Below are positions 9,816 to 18,005 of a stretch of 40,371 nucleotides of DNA, piece by piece. Origin of the DNA: Planctomycetota bacterium (GTDB lineage Bacteria > Planctomycetota > PLA2 > JAEUHO01); contig CBDCWP010000020.1 in NCBI GenBank assembly GCA_965223505.1, forward strand, positions 1 to 40,371, given 5' to 3'. Each line of letters starts with the position of its first letter. Position 1 is the stretch's first letter. The position numbers and the translations under genes are program-made. The notes beneath the pieces are model-generated. The model did no database searches and had not been told where the DNA came from. It saw only the letters and a program-made list of their open reading frames with translations.

Positions 9816-11706
9816 TTGCTCGCTGCGGTGTCGGCGGCCGAGGAGCCCGTCGACCAGGCGACGGTGCTGCGGCGGGCGGCGCGCACCGACTTGCCGCTCG
9901 AGCAGCGGCTCGCCGCGGTCGAGCAGGCGCTTGGCGCCGACCAGATCGACGCCGTCGAGACGGCGGTGCGCGCGGCCGGGTCGCTCATGAAGGACGCGCC
10001 CGAGCAGGCGGGCCGATTGCTGCTTCGCGCCGTCGCGTCCGGTTGGATCGACCGCGAGGCGCTCGCGACGGCCGGCGCGCAGATCCGGCACGCGTGCCCG
10101 TGCGTCGACCCGCCCAAGGAGAGCGACGCGCTCTACGTAGCAGCGCTACTGCTCGTCGGCGAGTACGTCCCCGACGGGCCCGTGCGGCTCACGCTCCAGT
10201 GGCCGCCGACGGACTTCGTACGGTCGGTGCTGGATCTGGAACTGGGAGGCGTGTGGCGGGATCTGACGGTCGACGAGGCGCAGGCCCACTTGCGGGCGGC
10301 CTGGCCCGTGCTCGCATGGATGAACCGCGCGGCGTCGGACGACCCCGCGCTCATGCGTGACGGCATGTCGAAGCTGCTGGAGAACAAAGAGCAAGCCGTC
10401 CCGTTCTTGATGGCCGAGGTGCGGCGCGGTGCCGGCACGGCGCAGGAAGGCCGGACCGAGCGGGCGACGCGCGCCGCGTTGGCGCTCGGCGCGATCAAGG
10501 ACCGGCGTGCGACGCCGGCGTTGATCGAGGGACTGCGCGGCAAGAACGGTTGGTTGCGAACCTACTGCGCGACCGCGTTGGGGGACCTGGGGGACCCGGC
10601 CGCCGTCTTCGCGCTGGCGCGGCAGATCACGTTGTTGGGGGATCCGCTGCGCGACCGCGATCAGTGGGACTACCCCGGCCCGACGAACACGAGCGTGCCC
10701 GCGGAAGCCTGGGACTCGATCCAGTACTACGTGATCGACACCGCCGCGGCCGACGCGCTGCTGCGCCTGGGCGTGCCCGGCGCTGCCGGTTGGTTGATCA
10801 ACTTCCGCCTCAATCCGCGCGCGGCGAACTATCGCATTCGCGTCTACCAGGACGCCGTCGATGCCATTCGGCGCTCGGTGCCTTCGGCGCCGATCGACGC
10901 GTTCAACGTCGACCAGGGTTTGCCGCTTCGCTCGGCCGGATTCGAGAAGCTCGCGCGCTGGTGGCACGTGCATCGTCACGACGACGGCTTGACCAAGACG
11001 CGGGTGGACACGACGGACGCGGGCTTCCAGGCCGCCGCCCGAGAGTTCGCCGAGACGTTCCGGCGCAACGACGTGCGCGAGATCATGTCCGCGCGCGCGG
11101 CGTGCACGGTGGTGGGACCGCTCGCCACCGACGCGCTGATCGAGGCGGCGAACACCACGGAGAACCCCCGGCACAAGATGGACCTCGCGCGCGCGCTCGG
11201 TCTCGTGGGCGACCCGAAGGCGGTGCCGGCACTGATCGAGCTGGCGCGCACGAAGTCCGCGATCGTTCGCGCCGCGGCGGCCGAAGGGTTGGGTGCGTAC
11301 GCCGGCACGTCCGAAGAAGCGCTCGATGTCCTGCTCAAGCTGCTGAGCGGACGCGCGGAGGCGCCGCGGGTGGCCGCGTTGCAAGCGCTCGTGCGCGCGC
11401 CTCGCTCGGAGCGTGTGCTGCAGGCGGTGAAGACGGCGGGCGCGAAGGGCACCCGCAGCAGCGACTTCGATCGCGCGGAGACCGTCGTCCTGTTCGTTCA
11501 GGAAGGCGAGGCGCACTGGTCGAAGATCGCGGAGGGGCTGCGCGCGCCTGAACGTGTGTTGCGTCGCACCTGGTGGGACCTGCTGCGGCACGCCGTCGAT
11601 CTGCCGGACTACTTCCACGAGCCGGTCGTCGAGCCGGGGACGCCGGGCGCCCGGCACGTGACGCGCGGAGCAAGCGCTGAAGGCGCTGGAAGCGAGGCTC
11701 AAGTGA
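9816..11706 (+). CDS. Exported HEAT-repeat protein (apparent 1-nt insertion at 11667-11668; true start uncertain)
   Basis: Repeats such as AALALGAIKDRRATPALI, ATALGDLGDPAAV and ARALGLVGDPKAVPALI. Removing one G at 11667 gives the C-terminus TREQALKALEARLK* ending at TGA 11704-11706. Confidence 0.7.
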
Positions 11707-12768
11707 CCTTGCTGCGATGTTTCGGCATCACGAAACGCTACGGCAACGCGACCGTGCTCGACGACGTGGGCCTCTCGGTGGACGCCGGGGCCTCGGTCGT
11801 CTTGCTCGGTTCGAGCGGCAGCGGCAAGACCACCTTGCTACGGGTCATCGCCGGACTCGACGAGGCCGACCGCGGGACGGTCGAGCTCGACGGAAGGGTG
11901 TTGAGCGACCCGAGCGTGCGCGTGCCGCCGGAGGCGCGTCGCATCGGCATGGTGTTCCAGGCGCTCGAGCTCTGGCCGCACATGACGGTGGCCGAGCACA
12001 TCACCTTCGGTATCGAAGGGCGCCCGCGCGGGCGTCAGGCCCGACAGCACGCCGTCGCGCAGGAGCTCATTGCGCGCGTAGGGCTGGACCCGTCCGTGCT
12101 CGCGCGCCGTCCGGACACGCTCCTCCGGGGGCGAGCGTCAGCGCGTCGCGATCGCGCGAACGCTGGCCGCCAAACCGCGCGTGATCCTGTACGACGAGCC
12201 GCTCGCCAATCTCGATCCCGACCGGCGGGACGCGCTGCGCGCGCTGATTCGCCGCTTGGCGAACGAGCAGGGCACGACCGTCGTCTACGTCACCCACGAT
12301 GCCGTCGAGGCCCAGGAGATGGGCGACGAGGTCGCCGTGCTCTCGCACGGACGTCTCGTCGAGCAACAGCCGCCGGACGCGCTGTATCGCAGCCCGAAGA
12401 CGCTCGTCGGCGCGCGCGCGCTCGGCGCGGTCTCCGCACTGCCGGCCACGTTCGATGGCGCGAAGGCCGCGACCGCGCTCGGTGCGGTCGACGTGACCGA
12501 CGTCGATCGCGCGACCGCCTTGGGAAGCGGTCTCGCGCTGCTGCGGCCGGAGGCCGTGCGCGTGGTCGAGCGCGGCGGCGTCGGCGCGGTCGTTCGCTCG
12601 GCTCGGCCGCGCGGCGCGCTGTACGGCGTCGAGGCGACGGTGGGGGAGACGGTCGTGCTCTGCCGGTCCGAGTGTCCGGTCGAAGCCGGCGTGTCGGTGC
12701 AGCTCGCCGTCGACGGACCCGCGGCTTTCGTGCCCGCGGAAGACGCACGATTCCGGGAGGCCTCATGA
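11703..12768 (+). CDS. ABC transporter ATP-binding protein, FbpC/PotA-like (apparent 1-nt insertion at 12122-12123)
   Basis: Walker A GSSGSGKTT and GMVFQ. Removing one C restores LSGGERQRVAIAR, then Walker B ILYDEPLANLD, YVTHD and a probable TOBE-like C-terminus. Confidence 0.85.
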
Positions 12769-13979
12769 CCTTCTTGCAGCGCATCGTGCCGGGACTGCTC
12801 GCCTGTGTCGTCGTCGCCGGTCTGTTGGTGATTGCCGGCTGCGGCGACGAGGTCGACCCGGTCAAGCCGCCCGTTGCGAACGGAGAGAGCGACGGAAATC
12901 AACCCCCCGCCAATGCCAACAGCGGGAACGGCGACGACGACTGGGACTTCGAGGAGGAAGCGCCGCCGTTTCGCACCGCGGCGGAGTGTGGCAAATGCCA
13001 TCGCGAGATCTACGAGGAGTGGAAGGCGTCGTATCACGGCCGCGCGATGTCCGATCCGCTGTTCCTGGAGTTCTCGGCGAACATCGACAAGGAAGAGTGC
13101 ATTCGCTGCCACGCGCCCGTCTCGCTGCGCGAGGCGGGGTTCGAGACTCCGATCGCGCGCGCCGAGCTGCGCGACGACGCCATCTCGTGCTTGACCTGCC
13201 ACCGGTCCGGCAAGCACGTCACCGGGCCGTTCAAGGGGTTGAAGGGCGCCTGCAACCCGATCTACGACCCGGATCAAACCGACGTCGTCAAGATGTGCTT
13301 CGCCTGTCACAACCAACACGACACCGGCAACGAGTGGCTGCGCGGGCCCTACGCGCCGGACGCGCCTGAGCCGCGCACGCACCCCGAGCAGAACTGTCTC
13401 GACTGCCACATGGAGAAGGTGTTCCGGCCGCTGGTGAAGGGCGGCGAGAAACGGTGGGGCCGCCGTCACACCTGGCCGGGCGGGCACGATCTGCGGCAGC
13501 TGAAGAAGGCCGCCACGCTCGACGTCGAGATCGAGCCGCTGAACGAGGGCGGCTACCGCTTCCGGGTGTTCGTCACGAACACCGGCGCCGGCCACAACAT
13601 CCCGACCGACGCGCGGCACCGTTCGTTCGACACCTACGTGGCGCTGTGGAACGAGGACGGCACGCCGTTGCTCGATCCGTTGAAACCGCTGGAGCAAGGT
13701 CGCAGCCAGGCCGCGAAGTACAAGAAGCAGTACCGCACGTCGGGACTGCGCGACACGCAGATCGCGCCCGGACAGCGCGTCTCGGCGGCAGGCGAATGGA
13801 ACGGCTACGTCGACGTGCCCGAGGCGGTCTCGGGCCGCGGGGAAGCCTGGCTGGTGTACCGGCTCACGCCGCGCCACGCGCTCAACAAGAAGAGCCTGAA
13901 TCCCGACAATCCCCACGACCTCGGCACGGCCGAGATCGCGCCGGTCGTGGTGAAGGTGGAGTTCACCTTCGGCAAATGA
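12765..13979 (+). CDS. Pentaheme c-type cytochrome lipoprotein (c554-like N-terminal heme domain)
   Basis: ATGA overlap with the ABC ATPase stop. Lipobox IAGC. Five CxxCH motifs (CGKCH, CIRCH, CLTCH, CFACH, CLDCH), plus HTWPGGH and NTGAGHNIPT. Confidence 0.88.
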   Translation: MTFLQRIVPGLLACVVVAGLLVIAGCGDEVDPVKPPVANGESDGNQPPANANSGNGDDDWDFEEEAPPFRTAAECGKCHREIYEEWKASYHGRAMSDPLFLEFSANIDKEECIRCHAPVSLREAGFETPIARAELRDDAISCLTCHRSGKHVTGPFKGLKGACNPIYDPDQTDVVKMCFACHNQHDTGNEWLRGPYAPDAPEPRTHPEQNCLDCHMEKVFRPLVKGGEKRWGRRHTWPGGHDLRQLKKAATLDVEIEPLNEGGYRFRVFVTNTGAGHNIPTDARHRSFDTYVALWNEDGTPLLDPLKPLEQGRSQAAKYKKQYRTSGLRDTQIAPGQRVSAAGEWNGYVDVPEAVSGRGEAWLVYRLTPRHALNKKSLNPDNPHDLGTAEIAPVVVKVEFTFGK

Positions 13980-14725
13980 ACCCCGTCGCTCGCCACCTTC
14001 TGTCGTCGGTCTGCGTGCTGCTCGCCTGCGCGTGCGGCTCGTCCGGATCGAGCGTGCCGGTGAACGTGCCGACCGCGCCGGTCGTGAAGGAGAACGTGCG
14101 GATCGCCGAGGCGGTCGGCCAGCTGCTGTCGCCGGACGAGCGTGAGAGCGAAGCGGCATTGAAGCGGCTGCTCCGTCTCGACGAGTCGCAGCGCGAAGAG
14201 CTGACGGCGTACGCCGCGCAGATCCCCGACGAGCGCGATCCGCGCTGGCTGAACGTCCTGGACGAGTACCACGCCCTGCCGGAGCTCGAGGCGAGGGACC
14301 GGCTGGCGTTCCTCATCTGGAAGGCGAATCGCGCCGAGCGCTTCTTCGTCATGAAGGCGCAGAGCCGTTTGCTCGACATGGCGCGCGAGCACCCGGAGGT
14401 CATGATCGAGCGTCTCGAGGCCGGCGGACCGGGCAGCGAGGTGTTGTCGGTGGCGCTCGCGTTGAGCGGAGAGCGCCGCGCCGTCCCGGCGTTGCTCGCG
14501 CGCTATCGGTATCCGCAACAGCCCGGCGAGCGCCGCGCGGCCGCGGAGGCGCTGGCGCGGCTCGTGGGGGAGGAGCGGCGCCCGCGGGTGCGCGCGACGC
14601 GTGACGAACTCGAGCGCGATGCGCTGGCCATCGAAGCCTGGTATCAGGAGCAACAGGCGCTCGCTTCGACGGCGGAGGACGACCAAGCCGCGGCGGGTGC
14701 GGAGAAGGAGCCGGTCGATGGATAG
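13976..14725 (+). CDS. Putative lipoprotein with HEAT-like repeats
   Basis: MNPVARHLLSSVCVLLACAC|GSSG signal with lipobox-like Cys; VALALSGERRAVPALL and RAAAEALARL. ATGA overlap. Confidence 0.7.
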   Translation: MNPVARHLLSSVCVLLACACGSSGSSVPVNVPTAPVVKENVRIAEAVGQLLSPDERESEAALKRLLRLDESQREELTAYAAQIPDERDPRWLNVLDEYHALPELEARDRLAFLIWKANRAERFFVMKAQSRLLDMAREHPEVMIERLEAGGPGSEVLSVALALSGERRAVPALLARYRYPQQPGERRAAAEALARLVGEERRPRVRATRDELERDALAIEAWYQEQQALASTAEDDQAAAGAEKEPVDG

Positions 14726-16307
14726 CGTACGGATCACGCTGTGGATCACGGCCTGTGTGCTCGCGCTGTCGATCGCCGGGGTCTCCCAAGCGGAGGACGC
14801 GTCGATCGAAGACAGCGTCGCGAAGGCGCTCGCTCAGGAACCGCAGGCCGCGCTCGCAACGCTCGAGTCGCTGCTCGCCAAGGCCGTCGCCGCGGGGCCG
14901 AAGGACTCGAAAGACATCCGCATCGTGCGCGAAGCGATCGCGACGCTGTTGGTGGAGCAAGGCAACGCCTACGGTTCGCTCGAACACTGGGAAGCGCTCG
15001 TTCGCGATCATCTGCACGCGCCGCACCGCGTGCAGTACGCCGAGGCGCTCATCGCGGTGGCGCGGGTGAACCAGGCGCGGGGCAGCACCGCGGCGGGGAG
15101 CCTGCCGTACCTGATGGACGCCGTGAAGGCGCTCGACAACATCGAGGGCTGGGCGTCGGTTCGGGACGACGCGCAGTGGTGGGGACGGGCCGTCAACGCC
15201 AAGGCGCAGGCGTACTACTTCCAGACCAAGTTCGACGACGTCGTTACGTACTTGACCGAGGAACGGCTTGCGAGCGTGTCGGACGCGTACCGCCGGGCGG
15301 CCTACGACGTGCTCGCGCTTTCGCACTACGCGCGCAAGGCCTACGAAGAGGCCGCGAAGGCCTACGAGGCGGTCGGCAACGTGCGCGGCGCGGCCGCGGC
15401 GTGGGCGGCGGCGAAAGACGGCGATCGCGCGATCCGGCTGTACGTGGATCTCTTGACGAGCGGTCCGCTCGACCTCGCGCTGCTTCGCGAAGCCGTCAAC
15501 GCGGCGCGCTATGCCGGCGGCCATGCCGTGCTCGAGCAGGCGTTGGCCGAGATCGAGGCACCGGAGGGTCTGCAAGGCGAGCTGCTGCTTGCGCGTTGCG
15601 ATCTTCTCGCCGAGCTCGGCCGCGGCGAAGACACGGTCCCCCTGCTCAAGGAAGCGGCGCTGAAGACGTTGGACCCGCGTCCGCTGACGCGGCTCGGTCG
15701 CTTGTACCTCGTGCGCTCCGGCGGCGACGAGCAGGGACGGGCCGACGCCACGGAGGTCTACCTGGAGGCGCTTCGCCGGGCGCCGGAAGACCCGCAGGCC
15801 GTCGCCGGGTTGTGGCACATCGCCGGACGGGACTATCGGGACCTTTGGCTGACGCGCGGGGAGGGCCCCGGCGCCGAGCGCACCGTGCGGATCCAGCGCG
15901 CGCTCGTCGAGGCCATGCCGGACGACGGCACGGCGCTGGCGAACCTGGGCAACACGCTGCGGGTCATCGGCCGCACCGAGGACGCGCTCGCGTCCTACGA
16001 GAAGGCGATGGAGGCGGAGCCCTACGACCCGACGATCGTGAGCGACTACGGGCTGGCGCTGGCGGCCGCCGGCCGGTTCGAGGAGGCCCTGGACGCCTAC
16101 GAACGGTCCGTCGCGCTGGACGCCGGACATCTCGCGGGACGCCAGAACGCGGCCCGAGCGCTGTGGTTGGCCGGCGACGACACGCGCGCCTCGGCGCACC
16201 TCGCGGCGGGCATCCGGACCGCGCGGGCGCTCGAGCGGGGCGCCATGACCTACCGATTCCTGCTGGATCGTGCCTGGCGCACTACGAAGGGCGTGACGCA
16301 GCGGTAA
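14718..16307 (+). CDS. Exported tetratricopeptide-repeat protein
   Basis: GGAGAAGGAG RBS and signal peptide. TPRs ALANLGNTLRVIGRTEDALASYEKAMEAEP and YGLALAAAGRFEEALDAYERSV. Confidence 0.82.
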   Translation: MDSVRITLWITACVLALSIAGVSQAEDASIEDSVAKALAQEPQAALATLESLLAKAVAAGPKDSKDIRIVREAIATLLVEQGNAYGSLEHWEALVRDHLHAPHRVQYAEALIAVARVNQARGSTAAGSLPYLMDAVKALDNIEGWASVRDDAQWWGRAVNAKAQAYYFQTKFDDVVTYLTEERLASVSDAYRRAAYDVLALSHYARKAYEEAAKAYEAVGNVRGAAAAWAAAKDGDRAIRLYVDLLTSGPLDLALLREAVNAARYAGGHAVLEQALAEIEAPEGLQGELLLARCDLLAELGRGEDTVPLLKEAALKTLDPRPLTRLGRLYLVRSGGDEQGRADATEVYLEALRRAPEDPQAVAGLWHIAGRDYRDLWLTRGEGPGAERTVRIQRALVEAMPDDGTALANLGNTLRVIGRTEDALASYEKAMEAEPYDPTIVSDYGLALAAAGRFEEALDAYERSVALDAGHLAGRQNAARALWLAGDDTRASAHLAAGIRTARALERGAMTYRFLLDRAWRTTKGVTQR

Positions 16308-16414
16308 CGATCGGCGTTTTCGGCGCCCATCCGGGGGCCGGGGACTCCCGCAGGGCGGTGCAAGGTCCGTGAAGCATCCGTAGTATAGAGCGGAGCCCTC
16401 CGCTGGAGATCCTC

Positions 16415-17989
16415 ATGACGCTTGCGCGACCCGGACTGCTATTGGTAACGCTCACCGGCCTGCTCTGCCTGCACGGCGCGGCCGTCGCGGCGCCCGAGGA
16501 CAACGGCGGGGGCGTCAAGAACGCGCCCGCGGCACCGGAGGGCAAGGACTTCGAGGAGCTCGTCGAGAAGGCGCGCAGCTACTTCGACCTCGACGAGGAT
16601 CTCTGGCGTCCGCGCATCGTGATGCAGGAGGCCCTCAAGACGCTCAAGGGCGAGGACGGCAAAGGCTACGACCTGCTCCGCGACATGGAGATGTTGCGCA
16701 AGGTGATCGCCCAGGGGCGGTTCTTCCGGCCGCAGATGAGCGACAAGAAGTGGCAGCGCAACAACGCGATCACCGAGTTCAAGCGTCAGGGCAATTGGAA
16801 CTTCGTCAAGTCGGAGGATCTGAACCTCGTCTACTCCTTCCCGAAGTCGTACCCGAAGAAGAACAAGGACTTCAACAAGGGCGAGCGTGACGGCCCGTGG
16901 CCGGCGCTCATCTCCCTGAACGAGAAAGAAGACTACACGGGCAAGAAGTATCCCGGTTTCGAGCTGCTGAAGCGCCGCTATCCGAAGGACGATTTCGGTG
17001 ACATCTTCGACGACTGGGTCGTCATGGTGCCGATCGCCCCGGCCGGGAACTACTTCGACGATCGCGGCAGCATCCGGCGTGAGCTCTTCACCTATCAGTA
17101 CGGCCAGTTCCTCAAGCACGCGCACGTCGATTTCGAGCGGCTCATCCTCGACGGCGCCGAGCCTGCGCTTGCAGCCGCGCCGGCGCAAGGCGTCGTGTTC
17201 GCCGGGTTCATCTTCCGCAAGGGCGCGGTGCTCGACGAGGAGTCGAAGGCGCTCGTGAAGAACTATGCGACGGTGCCGGTGTACACCGTCGACTGCCCCG
17301 AGCTGGCCAAGGGGCTCAAGGAAGCCGGACATCAGAACGTCACCGAGGGCAAGTCGTCCGACGGCGCCGCCCTGTTGGCGTGGATGAACGGCGTCAAGCG
17401 CCAGACCCCCAAGAAGTTCAGCTGGAACCTCCAGAAGCCCGAGCATCAGTTCGCATGGTGGGTGAATCTCGAGCAGGCGAATCCCAACGCGGCCATGCGC
17501 GAGATCGACGTGGAGGTCGTCGACACCGAGGAGGAGCCGAACACGATCAAGATCGAGGCGCGCGGCATCACCAAGATGTCGCTGTTCCTCAACGACGAGA
17601 TCGTGGATCTGGACCGCACGGTGCGCGTGGTCGTCAACGGCAACCTCGAGCGGGAGGAGCTGGTCGAGCGCGACCTCGACCTCCTGTTCAACAAGGACCC
17701 CTTCAAGCTGCGCGAGTCGATGTACTTCGGCTTCCTCTTCCCGAGCCGAATGCTCGGCATCAAGGTCCGCGCCCGCAAGAAGGTCGAGAAGCCGGTGAAG
17801 CCGGAGCCCGAGGCGCCGAAGGCGTCGCCGGAGGAGGAAGAGAAGGCCGAGAGCTACTTCAACGGCGCCGTGAAGCTCAAGGACGCGGGCAAGCTCGACG
17901 GCGCGCGCAAGCGCCTCGAGGCCATTCTCGCGATGCCGCTGAACAGCTACACGGAGCGGGCGAAGAAGCTGCTCGAGGAGCTGAAGTAG
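16415..17989 (+). CDS. Exported hypothetical protein, degenerate alpha/beta-hydrolase-like region and C-terminal TPR-like helix pair
   Basis: GGAG RBS, signal peptide and strongly GC3-biased codons. Contains PWPALISL, WVVMVP, HVDFERLILDG and LFLNDEIVDLDRTVRVVVNG. The fold call is inference. Confidence 0.65.
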   Translation: MTLARPGLLLVTLTGLLCLHGAAVAAPEDNGGGVKNAPAAPEGKDFEELVEKARSYFDLDEDLWRPRIVMQEALKTLKGEDGKGYDLLRDMEMLRKVIAQGRFFRPQMSDKKWQRNNAITEFKRQGNWNFVKSEDLNLVYSFPKSYPKKNKDFNKGERDGPWPALISLNEKEDYTGKKYPGFELLKRRYPKDDFGDIFDDWVVMVPIAPAGNYFDDRGSIRRELFTYQYGQFLKHAHVDFERLILDGAEPALAAAPAQGVVFAGFIFRKGAVLDEESKALVKNYATVPVYTVDCPELAKGLKEAGHQNVTEGKSSDGAALLAWMNGVKRQTPKKFSWNLQKPEHQFAWWVNLEQANPNAAMREIDVEVVDTEEEPNTIKIEARGITKMSLFLNDEIVDLDRTVRVVVNGNLEREELVERDLDLLFNKDPFKLRESMYFGFLFPSRMLGIKVRARKKVEKPVKPEPEAPKASPEEEEKAESYFNGAVKLKDAGKLDGARKRLEAILAMPLNSYTERAKKLLEELK

Positions 17990-18005
17990 CCCCGGATTGG
18001 GCTCG

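Noticed and set aside
11660..12130. Programmed ribosomal frameshifting
   Set aside because: No slippery heptamer at either site, and one shift falls inside the conserved ABC signature.
9816..13979. Novel 1387-aa HEAT-ABC-cytochrome fusion protein
   Set aside because: Explained by two +1 indels; it contains an off-frame segment and an internal lipoprotein signal.
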